DNA from: an uncultured Verrucomicrobiae bacterium
Lineage (GTDB): Bacteria > Verrucomicrobiota > Verrucomicrobiia > Chthoniobacterales > JAFAMB01
Direction of reading: 5' to 3'
Length of the DNA: 64,000 nucleotides
Assembly: GCA_963813025.1 (NCBI GenBank)
Contig: CAWEXO010000004.1
Span: 96,001 to 160,000 of the forward strand
The translations under genes were made by a program, and so were the position numbers. Positions 9,054-20,433 of the stretch are shown here, one piece after another (the stretch's first letter is position 1; the number at the start of each line of letters is the position of its first letter). The notes beneath the pieces are model-generated. The model worked only from the letters and a program-made list of their open reading frames with translations. It was not told where the DNA came from and searched no databases.

Positions 9054-12000
9054 TCAAGCCACGCGGCCGCAACAGTTCTTGTATTTCTTTCCACTGCCGC
9101 ACGGACACGGATCGTTTCGGCCTACTTTGGGGGCTTCGCGTTTGGCCGAAGGAAGAACCAACTCCAGTTCACTTTCACCATTCCCGCCCTCTTCCGGGTT
9201 CGAAAATCCAAAATTTTCTTTTCGAGCGATGGGTCCGCCGGCCGGCATGCGCGGCACGCCCGGTAACTCCGGGGCTTGCGGAATGTTGAGCGGCAAAGAA
9301 GCCAGAAATTGCTCGAAAGCCATGAGGTTGGTCGTGCTGCGAAAAAGATTGTAGAGAACCTCGTTCTTGATGCTCGCCATGAGCTGGCTGAACATGTCGT
9401 AGGCTTCCGCCTTGTACTCGACCAGAGGATCTTTTTGTCCGTAACTGCGCAGGTAAATGCCTTCCCGCAGACCATCCATGGCGTAAAGATGCTCCTGCCA
9501 GAGCCGGTCGATCGCGTTCAGAAGAATGTAACGCTCCAGAGCCTGCTGACCGCGTCGGATTCCTCATGGCTGACCTTTTGCTGGTAGGACTGCTTTACGC
9601 GATCGACGAGGAACTGGGCATTTTCCTCGATCGTCCGCGTCTCCAGCTGAGAGCTCTGTCGAGTCAGACCGAGCGGGAAAGTTGTCGTTACCCAATGGAG
9701 CAGACCGTCGTAATCCGGTTCGCCATCGTCGCGTGTCCTCCAGGTACTCGCGGACGCTCTGGGGCAGAACTTCTTCCACGATCTCGAACACCAGCTTGCG
9801 CGGCTCGTTGGTCTCGAGTGTCTCGTTGCGGAGCGCGTAAACGACTTCGCGCTGTTTGTTCATCACGTCGTCGAAATCGAGCGTCCGTTTGCGGATCAGA
9901 TAGTTCCGCTGCTCGACGCGTTTTTGCGCGGTCTCGACGCTTCGGTTCAGCCACGGATGCTCCAGTTCCTCGCCTTCTTTGAGCCCGAAGCGCTCCATCA
10001 TCGTCGTCATCTTTTCGGACGCGCCGAAGTTGCGCATGAGATCATCTTCGAAGCTGACGTAAAAGCGCGATGAACCCGGATCGCCTTGGCGCGCGCAACG
10101 TCCGCGCAACTGCCGATCAATGCGCCGCGATTCGTGCCGCTCGGTGCCGAGGACGTGCAAGCCGCCGAGTTCCGGCACGCCATCGCCGAGTTTGATGTCG
10201 GTGCCGCGGCCGGCCATGTTGGTCGAAATGGTGACCGTGCCGGCGCTGGCCGGCGCGGGCGACGATCTCGGCTTCCTGCCGGTGATATTTTGCGTTGAGG
10301 ACGTTGTGCGCGATTTTTTCGCGCTTCAGCATCCGGGAGAGCAGTTCGGACGCCTCGACACTCGCGGTGCCGACCAGCACCGGCTGACCCTTGCGCGTAG
10401 CACCCTTTGATTTCGTCGACGACCGCGTTGTATTTTTCGCGGCGCGTTTTGTAGATGCGATCGTTGGCATCCGCCCGGATACAGGGCCGATTCGTCGGGA
10501 TAACGGCGACATCGAGCTTGTAGATGTCGTGGAACTCGTTCGCCTCGGTCTCGGCCGTGCCGGTCATGCCCGCCAGCTTATGATAAAGGCGAAAGTAATT
10601 TTGGATCGTGATCGTCGCGAGCGTCTGCGTTTCGCGATCGATCTGCACGCCTTCCTTCGCCTCGACCGCCTGGTGCAAACCGTCGCTCCAGCGCCGGCCC
10701 GGCATTTTCCGGCCCGGTATATTCGTCGACGATGATAACCTTGTTTTCCTCGACGACGTAATCGACGTCTTTCTCGAACAGGCAGTAGGCGCGAAGCAGT
10801 TGCGAGATGTTGTGGATGCGTTCGGCCTGGTTGTCGCAGTACTGCTGGCGCGCGCGCTTCTTTTCGTCTTTCTGCCTGACGGTTAAAGTTCGGGTCGAGA
10901 TCGATCTCCGTAAATTCGCTGATCAGATCGGGCAGCACGAAACGCGTTGGGATCGTCCGGATTCAAGAAGAGTCGCGGCCCTGCTCGGAGAGATCCGCTT
11001 CCTGATGTTTTTCATCGATGGTGAAAAACAGCTCTTCTTTGAGGGCGACCAGCTCTTCCTTGCGCGAGTCCTGGTAGAAAGAGAGCTCGGCCTTATCGAT
11101 AGCTTTGCGATTTTCCGGGTCCTCCATCATGCGCAGCAGACCTTTGTTGCGCGGCTGGCCGAGCTTGACTTTGAACATGAGCCGGCCTGCCTCCTCCAGG
11201 TTGCCTTTCTCGATGGCCTCTTTCGCTTCGGAGCGAGCCGGTTGCAGAGCATCGTCTGCTTGCGCACGAGCTGCTCGACCAGCGGTTTGAACTTGTCGTA
11301 TTGATGGGTCGAGACCGTCGCCGGACCGCTGATGATCAGCGGCGTGCGCGCTTCGTCGATCAGGATGGAATCGACTTCATCGACGATGGCATAGTAATAG
11401 CCGCGCTGGACCTGCTGCTCCTTGGTCGTGGCCATGCCGTTGTCGCGCAGGTAATCGAAGCCGAACTCGCTGTTCGTCCCGTAAGTGATGTCGCAGGCGT
11501 ATTGTTCGCGGCGGAGCTGAGGCGGCTGGTCGTGCTGAATACAGCCGACCGTCAGCCCGAGCAAGTTGAAAAGCTCGCCCATCCACTCCGCGTCGCGGCG
11601 CGCGAGATAATCGTTTACGGTCACGAGGTGCGCGCCGCGTCCGGCCAGCGCATTCAGATAGAGCGGGCAAGGTCGCGACGAGCGTCTTGCCTTCGCCGGT
11701 CGCCATCTCCGCGATGCGTCCGGAATGCAGAACGATGCCGCCGATCAGCTGCACATCGAAGTGCACCATGTTCCAGGTCATCGGCTGATCGCAGACATTG
11801 AAGTGCGTCCGCAAAGGCGGCGCGCCGCGTTCTTCACGCAGGCGAAAGCTTCCGGCAGAATTTCATCGAGGCGGCGCGCCAGCATTTCGGGATCTCAATC
11901 TGCGCCAGCTCGGCTTTCCAGGCAGCGGTTTTCTCGCGCAGCTGCTCTTCGCTCAAGGCTGCGTACTCCTGCTCCAGTCGATTAATCTTCTCGAGCAAAG

Positions 12001-12067
12001 GCCGCAACCGGCGAATCTCCCGCTGGTTCTTTGAACCAACGACCTTTTTTAAAATCCAGCTGACCAT
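9054..12067 (-). CDS. secA: Preprotein translocase ATPase SecA (many frameshifts)
   Basis: [50 protein letters not shown]-terminal [18 protein letters not shown]. Confidence 0.97.
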
Positions 12068-12078
12068 TCTTTTTTCTC

Positions 12079-12647
12079 CTACTTACTGCCGGGATGAGAG
12101 ACCGGGATCGCAGCTAAATCCGGTGGAAGCCGATCAGGTTCAAAAGTTTCGAAATGCAACTTCGCCAGAGCTCTCGAAACGACATCCAAAATCCGGTCGG
12201 TGGTCACCACTGCGATCTACCAGACAACCAACGGCGACGACTTGCGCGCCGCTTTTCCTCGACAATATCGATTGTTTCCCGGACTTTTCCACCTCTTGTC
12301 ACGACGTCTTCCGCGACCACGAAGCGCTCTCCCGGAGTTATCGAAAATCCCCGGCGAAGCACAAGTTTCCCGTCGAGCTTTTCCGCGAAAATATGTCGCT
12401 TCCCGAGAAAGCGCGCGGTCTCCTGGCCGACAACTATCCCTCCGAGCGCTGGCGAAATGACGGCGTCGCACTCCACATCGCGGATTTCGCCGCCAACTCA
12501 CCGCAAATGCGGGCGGCCAGATCGGTGATATTGCAAGACCAGCGCGCATTGAAAGTATTGGCGGCTGTGTAGCCCCGAACTCAGGACAAAGTGCCCTTCG
12601 AGCAGCGCGCCTGTCCTAATGAAAATGTCTAAAAGAGTTTCCGCCAC
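12079..12647 (-). CDS. pyrE: Orotate phosphoribosyltransferase, frameshifted
   Basis: [45 protein letters not shown]. Confidence 0.9.
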
Positions 12648-12660
12648 AATGCCTAAAGAT

Positions 12661-13035
12661 TCACCGCGACTGCTTCGATCTCAACCCGCGCACCCTTCGG
12701 CAGAGCGGCTTATCCCAATGGTGGAACGCGCCGGAGGGTGCGACCGGGAAGAAGGTCTCATAGACACTGTTCATTTCTCCGAATTCGCGCATATCGATCA
12801 GGAAGACCGTTGTTTTGACGACTTGCTCGAGACCGACCCCGGCGGCTTTGAGGGTCGCGGCGAGATTATGCAAAACCCGCCGGGTCTGCTCGGCTGTGCC
12901 GCCTTCGACCAGTTGGCCGGTTTGCGGATCCAAAGGAATTTGACCAGAGCAAAAGATCATTGTCCCGGCAGCGATCGCCTGGGAATAAGGACCGATCGCG
13001 GGAGGAGCGTCCCGAGTTGCAATAACCTGTTTCAT
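12661..13035 (-). CDS. ridA: RidA/YjgF family deaminase
   Basis: [28 protein letters not shown]-terminal frameshift. Confidence 0.9.
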   Translation of the reverse strand: MKQVIATRDAPPAIGPYSQAIAAGTMIFCSGQIPLDPQTGQLVEGGTAEQTRRVLHNLAATLKAAGVGLEQVVKTTVFLIDMREFGEMNSVYETFFPVAPSGAFHHWDKPLCRRVRGLRSKQSR

Positions 13036-13157
13036 GGAAAGCGTGCAAGGGTACTGGTCGGACGCCCAGTGTCAACCTGTGGCGCAAAGATGCTCAGCGG
13101 GGTTGGGCGATCATTTTTTCTAAATCGGCGACTTTGCGCTGCAGTTCTCTCACGATC

Positions 13158-14184
13158 TTATAAATGCCCGGCAAGCGCTTGAGATGGACTTCGCGCTCCA
13201 GAAAATCTCGCTTCGGTTGAGCAGGGGAACCGATTACCACTCCTCGCGCGGAACATGATTGGTGATACCTGCTTGGGCATGTACCACGGCGTCATCGCCG
13301 ACCATGAGATGGTCCGGGAGACCCGGCCTGGCCACCGAGGACTGCGCGATCGCCGACAACCGAGCTTCCCCCAGCCCGACCTGCGAGACAATCAGACAGT
13401 TTTCCCGATCGTGACGTTATGCCCGACCTGGACCAGATTATCGATTTTTGAGCCTCGGCCAATCCGAGTTTCTCCCAAAGTGCCGCGATCGATGCAGGTA
13501 CCACAGCCAATTTCCACGTCATCATCGATCACCACCTGCCGATCGAATTGATCCGCAGCAGTTCGGTATTGAAGTTCTTTAACCTCACCGGTTTGGCGAA
13601 CGGATTCGATGCTGCTTGGCTCCGGCGTGACAAAGGCAAATCCGTCTCCGCCGATAACCGCGTTTGGTTGAACGAATTACTCGTTTTCCTAATTGGCACC
13701 GGTCGCCGATACACACGCCGGCATGAAGCAGGCATTCTTCGCCGATCTCCACGTCCGCACCAATACTGACATTGCAAACCAAGCGCGAGCCCGATCCGAC
13801 TCTCGCTCGCGGGCCTATCCAGCAATGCGGTCCGACGCAGACGTGCTCACCGATTATCGCCGTCGAGTCGACTGCTGCCGAAGCATGGATTCCCTCCCCA
13901 ACAAAGACGGGGCGCTCAAAAATTTCCGTGAGTTTCGCCAAAACCAGTCGTGGACGATCGACCAGGATTTGGTTGGGTGTCGGGACACCATTCAACGTTT
14001 CCGGCACGACCGCGCTGATCACCCTGTTCGAAATCAGCAGCGGGATAACCGTTGGTGATAAGACGAGCGCAAGGTCACTGGAGCCGCCCGCCGCAGCTGG
14101 GTGAACCACTCGCTCGATCACCAGAGACGGGTCTCCCCGCAGCTTGCCGCCGACTAGTTCGGCAATTTCGCGGAGAGTTTTCAT
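13158..14184 (-). CDS. lpxD: UDP-3-O-acyl-glucosamine N-acyltransferase, frameshifted
   Basis: [13 protein letters not shown], hexapeptide repeats, IGGDGFAF and [12 protein letters not shown] in shifted frames. Confidence 0.9.
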
Positions 14185-14378
14185 CGTCGGGGGAAAACTA
14201 GAACCACGAATAGCGGTGAACGTCAACGGGAAGCGGCGGGAGCGGGTTGCGTAGCGCGGACGGCCTGAGTAGCGCGGCCGGCCTCGGATCTGGGACTTTG
14301 GCAACTCGCAACACGTGTATCAGGCGATGGGTCGCGCAAAAGTTAGAGATCGTCTGCAGTACTCATTGTCCTGTGTCG

Positions 14379-14501
14379 GCAGGGCGAAAATTTATCCGAG
14401 CCTTAGCGAGGACTCGTTTGAGCGGGACGCGGGAGCAGGCCACGCGCTCCAGACGGCTCAAACAAGTTCTCGCCTGGCGCTCGAATAAATTTTCGCCCTA
14501 C
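14379..14501. repeat. GTAG-type palindromic repeat element (REP/REPIN-like), copy 1
   Basis: Ends GCAGGGCGAAAATTTAT...ATAAATTTTCGCCCTAC; homologous to 55111-55292. Confidence 0.8.
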
Positions 14502-14546
14502 CAACACGGCGCCGTGCGGCTTACGAAGCATTTGGGTTGCATCGCC

Positions 14547-14748
14547 GTAGCACGGACGGCTTCGTCCGTACCTCTTGCCCACGACCTGAGTACATCGAGC
14601 ATTTATCGGGAAGTTGGATTTACCGCTTTCTTCGTTGCAGAGACCGATTCTGAAAAGCTCGGCTCTGAGTGAGCTTCGGAACAGATCCCAGGCGGACCAC
14701 CTAACCCAGCGTGCAGTCAAGAGGTACGGACGAGGCCGTCCGCGTTAC
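14547..14748. repeat. Inverted pair of GTAG-REP-like hairpins
   Basis: GTAGCACGGACGGCTTCGTCCGTACCTCTT ... AAGAGGTACGGACGAGGCCGTCCGCGTTAC. Confidence 0.7.
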
Positions 14749-15444
14749 TCACCCCGCTCCTTTCACGGTGACGAGCCAAGTATAGTGTTCGCCCGGACGC
14801 AAGCTGCGTGTGTCGGCCACGCTCGTGGCGGTTTCGGCTCGCAGGGCAGTCCGCCCGGGGCCGAGCGCGGTAATTTGCAGCCTGTATTCTTCGTTCCGCC
14901 GCCCAATAAGAGTTACCGCCGAGCGTTCAGCGCCCAGAGCGAAATGCCCGAGATCTACATCATCGAGCTGGAGATCGACGGTTTTGGACTCCGACTTTCC
15001 GACCGACTCGATCCAGAAGGTGAATGCTGCCACCTGTCCATTCTCAAGGCCTTGCTCGAGATGTCGCGCCAGCGATTCGACTGATGCTGGAACCTTTTCA
15101 TCTTTGAGCAAACGCTCGGTATCAGCCAGGACGGTGCCCGTAAGCTCTTTCCGAGCCTCCATTAATAGCCGGAAGGTGAGTAACGGATTTAACAGATTCT
15201 GTCGAATAAGGGCACGAGCGGCCAGGGTTGTCTCAGGGTCGATGTCATCGCTGCCCAGTTCGAGCACCCGGTCCGGGGGGTTCCGCACCATGGCCGAGAT
15301 AAAGTACTGGATCAGTCCCGCCAGTCCGGCCAGCGCGACGAGCAGGAGGGCAGATTTCAACAGGAACCCGAGCCCTTTGGCAGCGCGCGGGGTTCGCCGG
15401 TCCGCGCTTCCATGAAGTTCGCGCTTCTTGCGGTTCTGACCCAT
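14749..15444 (-). CDS. Hypothetical single-pass membrane protein
   Basis: 231-aa ORF with one N-terminal hydrophobic helix. Confidence 0.6.
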   Translation of the reverse strand: MGQNRKKRELHGSADRRTPRAAKGLGFLLKSALLLVALAGLAGLIQYFISAMVRNPPDRVLELGSDDIDPETTLAARALIRQNLLNPLLTFRLLMEARKELTGTVLADTERLLKDEKVPASVESLARHLEQGLENGQVAAFTFWIESVGKSESKTVDLQLDDVDLGHFALGAERSAVTLIGRRNEEYRLQITALGPGRTALRAETATSVADTRSLRPGEHYTWLVTVKGAG

Positions 15445-15518
15445 AGAACTGGCGAGGGCGGGCCTTGGACCAAGGAATTACAAAGGCGGGCCGGCGCGCG
15501 AGCTCGCTGCCGCCGGTC

Positions 15519-15936
15519 CTACCGGGGGTGGTCCGCGAGACGGACGATACTATCGAATTCGGCCTTTGTAAGCGGCACGACCGACAATCGCGATTGTTTC
15601 AGCAGTGGAATGTTCTGCAGCTCCGGCCGGCCTTTGATCGTCGCGAGAGTCACTGCCGGGGTAAAGGGAACGTTTCGGGATCAATTCGACCGCGACCCAG
15701 TCGCCCTCAGCTGAAGTCGGATCGCGAAACGCTTCTTTGCTGACCTCAGCGATTCCAACAACCGCCTTTCCATTGACGCTATGATAGTAGAGCACCTCGT
15801 CGCCTTGCTTCATCGCCCGGAGGTTGTTGCGCGCCTGAAAGTTGCGAACGCCCGTCCAGTCGATTTTTCCATCCGCGACAAACTGTTCCCAGGAATACGC
15901 CGTAGGTTCTTGCTTCACTAGCCAGAAGTGGGACAT
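15519..15936 (-). CDS. EVE domain protein, frameshifted
   Basis: FWLVKQEPTAYSW...WTGVRNFQARNNLRAMKQGDEVLYYHS. Confidence 0.9.
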
Positions 15937-16042
15937 CGATCTGGACATAGCATGCGGCAGCCTCGGTGTCAGCGTTGAAAGAAAATTCTCGTTGGAAACA
16001 AGACTTCCGCAGATAGTAGCTTTCAAGGACTCTAAACAGACA

Positions 16043-16678
16043 ATGCCGGGGGTTTTCATCACTTTTGAAGGAGGCGAAGCCGCCGGAAAATCGACCCAAA
16101 TAGACCGCCTGAAACAAAGATTGGAAGGTTTGGGGCGTTCCGTGCTTGGAGTACGCGATCCGGGCAGTACTGATCTTGGAGAGACCATTCGCGAGATGCT
16201 CCTGCATTCGCACCAAGGCTCTGCCATGCGGCCGGAAACCGAATTGCTGCTTTTCTCGGCCAGTCGCGCCCAGCTCGTCGGAGAGGTCATCGCGCCGGCC
16301 TTGGCGGAGGGGCGGGATGTTCTTTGTGATCGTTTCACCGACTCCACGCTCGTCTATCAAGGCTACGGACGCGGGCTGGATCGAGAAATGATCGGGCGCC
16401 TCGCCAGTTTTTACACAAAAGGGTTGCGCCCTCATCTGACCATTGTGCTCGATCTCGATCTCGCAACTGCTCGCCGCCGCCGTCTACGCCAAGTACGGCC
16501 AGTCGGCTTGCCGGATCGCATGGAATCCCAGCCGCATGATTTTTTTGAGCGAGTGCGTGCTGGTTTCCTGGAGTTGGCAGAGTCAGAGGGAAACCGCATA
16601 AAGGTGATTGATGGGTCTGCGCCCATCGAGAAGGTTGAACAGGCAGTCTGGCAGGCAGCTCATGGCTTTTTCCAGTAA
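16043..16678 (+). CDS. tmk: Thymidylate kinase
   Basis: FITFEGGEAAGKSTQ, LLFSASRAQ, CDRFTDSTLVYQG. Confidence 0.95.
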   Translation: MPGVFITFEGGEAAGKSTQIDRLKQRLEGLGRSVLGVRDPGSTDLGETIREMLLHSHQGSAMRPETELLLFSASRAQLVGEVIAPALAEGRDVLCDRFTDSTLVYQGYGRGLDREMIGRLASFYTKGLRPHLTIVLDLDLATARRRRLRQVRPVGLPDRMESQPHDFFERVRAGFLELAESEGNRIKVIDGSAPIEKVEQAVWQAAHGFFQ

Positions 16679-17660
16679 ACAAGCACTCGAGTTATTGTTG
16701 GCGGCATATCGCCGCGGCAAGCTGGCTCACACTTTTTTGTTTTCCGGACCGGAAGGCAGCGGCAAACAGAAACTGACGCAAGAGCTATTTAAATCGATAA
16801 ACCATCTTCCCAATGCGTTGGGACATCCCGATTTTCACCGGATCGAACCCGAGTCGAAGGCACGCCGGATTCTGATTGATCAGGTGCGTGCCCTCGAAAG
16901 TGCCCTACAGATGCGGGCGACGGAAGCCCGTCAAAAGTTCGGAGTCGTCCTGGATGCGGATCGCCTGATGCCACAGGCCGCCAATGCGTTCCTTAAGACC
17001 CTCGAAGAGCCACCGGGACAATCCGTTTTGATCCTGTTAACGAGGCTCCCGGAAGCTCTGCTCGACACCATTCGATCGCGTTGTGTTCAAGTGCCATTGC
17101 GACTCGCTGGTCCACCGATCCTGGAGCCGGAAGCCGGTGTTCTGCTCGACGCGCTGGGCGTCTTTTTTGAGGCCAACAATTTTTCAATTGCGGGGGCCCT
17201 GAGATTGGCCCGTAAACTTCAAGACGCATTGGCAGACGCTCGGACTCGGATCGAGGCAGAACATCACGGTTTGCTGGAGCGAGAGAATGAAACCTACAAA
17301 AACCGAACCGATGGCCGCTGGCTCGAGGGTGTCGAAGAGCGGCTGAACGTGCTTACGGAAAGCCGGTACATCCAGATAAGATCGTCGTTGCTCTGGCATT
17401 TACAGGAATGGTTAGGTGACGTCATCCGCCATCAACAGGGCGCCGCTGATTTCGATTTGCCTACTTATCGAGACAAAACGTCGGCAGCAGCGCGGAGCAT
17501 CACAACCGCGGATTTGCTTCGACGCATATCGGCCATCGAATCGCTCGACGATCAGCTGGGCCGGAACGTTCAAGAAAGCCTGGCCGTTGAGGTGGCATTC
17601 CTCACGGCGTTCGGACCGCCCGCGAAGGAGTTCGCCGAAGCTGGTAGACTTGTGCAATAG
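16662..17660 (+). CDS. holB: DNA polymerase III delta' subunit
   Basis: HTFLFSGPEGSGK, AANAFLKTLEEPP, TIRSRC; follows tmk. Confidence 0.9.
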   Translation: MAFSSKQALELLLAAYRRGKLAHTFLFSGPEGSGKQKLTQELFKSINHLPNALGHPDFHRIEPESKARRILIDQVRALESALQMRATEARQKFGVVLDADRLMPQAANAFLKTLEEPPGQSVLILLTRLPEALLDTIRSRCVQVPLRLAGPPILEPEAGVLLDALGVFFEANNFSIAGALRLARKLQDALADARTRIEAEHHGLLERENETYKNRTDGRWLEGVEERLNVLTESRYIQIRSSLLWHLQEWLGDVIRHQQGAADFDLPTYRDKTSAAARSITTADLLRRISAIESLDDQLGRNVQESLAVEVAFLTAFGPPAKEFAEAGRLVQ

Positions 17661-17714
17661 TCAAACTGCCATCAGGGTAGGATTGAGCCGAGCGGATTTG
17701 AGAAATAATCTGGT

Positions 17715-18185
17715 ATGAATCTACTCGTACTTCGACATGCCGAAGCAGTCCCGCAGGCCGCCACCGATGCGGAACGCGGCTTAACGGAAAAAGGCGCAAA
17801 ACAAGCAAAGACCGTCGGACGCTTTTGTGCCAAGGAGGGAATAATTCCTGACGTGATTCTCTCGAGCCCGCTCATCCGGGCGCGCGATACGGCACAGATC
17901 GTGGCCAGTTGCCTTGAAGGCAAGAAACTGGTCCGGCTGGAGGAAGGACTCCGGCCGGGAATGAACACGGAGAGAGGTTTGGCCCTTCTGCGAAAAGAGG
18001 CAGCGAATTCGATGGTGATGCTGGTTGGGCACGAACCGGATTTGAGTGGATTTTGCGCGAGCCTGTTGTCAGCGGGCGACCAAACGATTCACTTGAGAAA
18101 AGCAGGGCTGGTCATGCTCTCGCTCGCTGAGCTAAAGGCAGGGACGGGTGTTCTTGAGTTTCTCTTACCGGTGAAATTCTTATGA
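17715..18185 (+). CDS. sixA: Phosphohistidine phosphatase SixA
   Basis: LRHAEA, SSPLIRARDTA, LVGHEPDLS. Confidence 0.9.
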   Translation: MNLLVLRHAEAVPQAATDAERGLTEKGAKQAKTVGRFCAKEGIIPDVILSSPLIRARDTAQIVASCLEGKKLVRLEEGLRPGMNTERGLALLRKEAANSMVMLVGHEPDLSGFCASLLSAGDQTIHLRKAGLVMLSLAELKAGTGVLEFLLPVKFL

Positions 18186-18862
18186 AACCAGAGGTCATTC
18201 ACACCAAGTCTTTTGCGCGTGACGCCTCCCGTTTTATAGCCGACAGCGCAAATGAAGCCATCGATGCGCACGGTTTTTTTTGTCTCAGCCTGAGCGGCGG
18301 TGAAGGTCCTCGCGCGGTCTACCGTGCTCTGGCACTGCTGGACTGTGCCTGGACGAAATGGATTATCACCTTCGGAGACGAGGTTTGTTTGCCGCCGGAT
18401 GATGCACGGAGTAACTATCGGATGGCTTCGGAATGCTTTTTGATGGTCACGACACCTGGTGAAGTGTTGCGGATGAAGGGCGAGTTGACCCCGCAAGAAG
18501 GCGCGGAGGAATACAATTCCGCGATCCGATATTTGGCGGCGCGGTTCCGGCACAAACGTCTGGCGCACGACCTCGTTTTGCTCGGGCTGGGGGACGATGG
18601 CCACACGGCCTCGCTCTTTCCCAACACACCGGCGCTGGACGAAACCAGCCGCGATGTGGTCTGTAATTTTGTGCCGAAACTGGATGCCTGGCGTTTGACC
18701 GTCACCTTCCCGCTCATTAACGCGGCGCATCGAGTTGCCTTTCTGGTTAACGATGCTCGCAGTGAACCCTTGGTCGACGCCATTCTCCAGGGTGACAGGC
18801 GGCGTCCGGCTGCCCGGGTACAGCCAAAATCGGGAGAGCTCCTCTGGTTTATCGGTCAGTAA
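18182..18862 (+). CDS. pgl: 6-phosphogluconolactonase
   Basis: LSGG, FGDE, SNYRMA, LLGLGDDGHTASLFP. Confidence 0.92.
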   Translation: MKPEVIHTKSFARDASRFIADSANEAIDAHGFFCLSLSGGEGPRAVYRALALLDCAWTKWIITFGDEVCLPPDDARSNYRMASECFLMVTTPGEVLRMKGELTPQEGAEEYNSAIRYLAARFRHKRLAHDLVLLGLGDDGHTASLFPNTPALDETSRDVVCNFVPKLDAWRLTVTFPLINAAHRVAFLVNDARSEPLVDAILQGDRRRPAARVQPKSGELLWFIGQ

Positions 18863-18939
18863 GATCCAGCCCCACTCAAGCATGGCGATCTTGGCGAATC
18901 GTGATAACATCCCACAAAATTCTCGATACGCGCGGTATC

Positions 18940-19494
18940 ATGAACGAACTGCTGGAGGTCGTCAGTCGATGTAATTCGGGAAGCGAACCTCCCGGCGCTC
19001 TGCACTGGCAGCCGCTTATGGCGGCCCCGCTGGAGAGCTGGGAGCGATGGCTGCAAACAGATTTCGCGACCTGTCTGTTGCCTCACCTTGGCGCTGTTCT
19101 CTCCCTGGCCGGGAAACAGCACGTCCGCGAAATTATTGAACTGGATGTGGAGTACGATCAAACGCTCGAGATGCCGCTTCGAACGAAAAGCGCGCGACTG
19201 GGGCAAGACCTTCTTCAGAGAACCCCGGCTCGGGGAGACCGGATGTTCGCACGCTTACAGCAGGCCATTCGTGCGGGACAGGCGCCGGGCCATTATGCCA
19301 CGGTTTTTGCTTGCCGGGCGGCGTCTTTTGCCATTCCGGCGCGCCTTGTTTTCCTGTCATATTGCTGGCAGGAATTGAGCTGGAGTCTGACGAACCAAGA
19401 GGATCTAACCGGCTTCGTGGCCGCTGCCGCCAAAGTCGTCAACGAATTCCTCTTTGCATCGCCCTCGTACCCTAAGTGCCGTGAAAATGGCTGA
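18940..19494 (+). CDS. UreF-like helical protein
   Basis: RTKSARLGQDLL...GHYATVFACRAA resembles the UreF core. Confidence 0.5.
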   Translation: MNELLEVVSRCNSGSEPPGALHWQPLMAAPLESWERWLQTDFATCLLPHLGAVLSLAGKQHVREIIELDVEYDQTLEMPLRTKSARLGQDLLQRTPARGDRMFARLQQAIRAGQAPGHYATVFACRAASFAIPARLVFLSYCWQELSWSLTNQEDLTGFVAAAAKVVNEFLFASPSYPKCRENG

Positions 19495-19762
19495 TACTCT
19501 CCAGGAACAAGAAACCAAAGTGCGCTTGGACGTACCTTGGAACGTGATCGTCCACAACGATCCGGTAAATCTGATGAGCTACGTCACGCTCGTTTTTCAG
19601 AGGGTTTTTGGTTTTTCCCGGGACAAGGCGCAGCATCACATGCTCGAGGTGCACTATAAAGGACGGTCCATTGTTTGGAGCGGCACGCGAGAGCGAGCAG
19701 AATTCTACGTTCAGCAATTGCATGGCCACCTGCTGCTGGCGACCCTTGAACAGTCCGAGTGA
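19487..19762 (+). CDS. clpS: ClpS adaptor
   Basis: WNVIVHNDPVNLMSYV, MLEVHYKGRS. Confidence 0.92.
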   Translation: MADTLQEQETKVRLDVPWNVIVHNDPVNLMSYVTLVFQRVFGFSRDKAQHHMLEVHYKGRSIVWSGTRERAEFYVQQLHGHLLLATLEQSE

Positions 19763-20250
19763 TGCTTATTCGCGGGCGGAATGACGGCACGATCGAGTTC
19801 TTGGATATCGAGCCGATCGAAATGGAGTTGCTGCGGGAAATCGTTCCATTGGCCGGCGCAGGCGACAGTCAATCCGAGAATCACCTTTTCTCCCCGCCGG
19901 CCGCGGATACGGAAACCGAGTTCCTCCGCGATTGGGCGGAATTTGTCGAACCAGAGTTGCGCAGACTCTTTCTCTCGGCTCGCACCATCGTAAAAGAAGA
20001 CATCGATCATCTCCAAAAGCCGATCGGACGCCATGGGCGCCTGAAGATTCGGGCGGAACATGGCGAAGCCTGGTTGAATACTCTGAACCAAGTCCGGCTT
20101 ATCCTTGCCGCACAATACCATTTTATGGAGCGGGAGCTTTCCAGTCACAAGCTTCCGCGAGCATTCACCAAACGAGAACTGGTTCTGGTGCAGATTAACT
20201 TTTATGCCGCTATCCAGGAGCGAATCATTGAGCTTCTGGAAGGGCGATAG
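19759..20250 (+). CDS. DUF2017-family protein
   Basis: DWAEFVEPELRRLF, AWLNTLNQVRLILA; coupled to clpS. Confidence 0.7.
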   Translation: MMLIRGRNDGTIEFLDIEPIEMELLREIVPLAGAGDSQSENHLFSPPAADTETEFLRDWAEFVEPELRRLFLSARTIVKEDIDHLQKPIGRHGRLKIRAEHGEAWLNTLNQVRLILAAQYHFMERELSSHKLPRAFTKRELVLVQINFYAAIQERIIELLEGR

Positions 20251-20260
20251 GCTGGGATAA

Positions 20261-20330
20261 CGTTTCGCATTTCACGTTTCACGCACTCCCCGAACTGCAC
20301 GCCAAACGCAAAACGCGAAACGCGAAACGC
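20261..20330. repeat. Inverted heptamer tandem repeats
   Basis: (CGTTTCR)n ... (GCGAAAC)n. Confidence 0.6.
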
Positions 20331-20433
20331 TCCAAAACGCTCTGGATTAGTGTCCGGCAAAGGCGATGTTTCCGGGTGTTGCACGGATTGCCAGCCATTG
20401 ACGCTAAGCATTCTCCGAGGCTAATCTGGACCT

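Noticed and set aside
9054..14184. secA, pyrE and lpxD as pseudogenes or programmed frameshifts
   Set aside because: These are essential or core genes with scattered single-base indels; long-read error explains them, as for sufT, rluB and speA.
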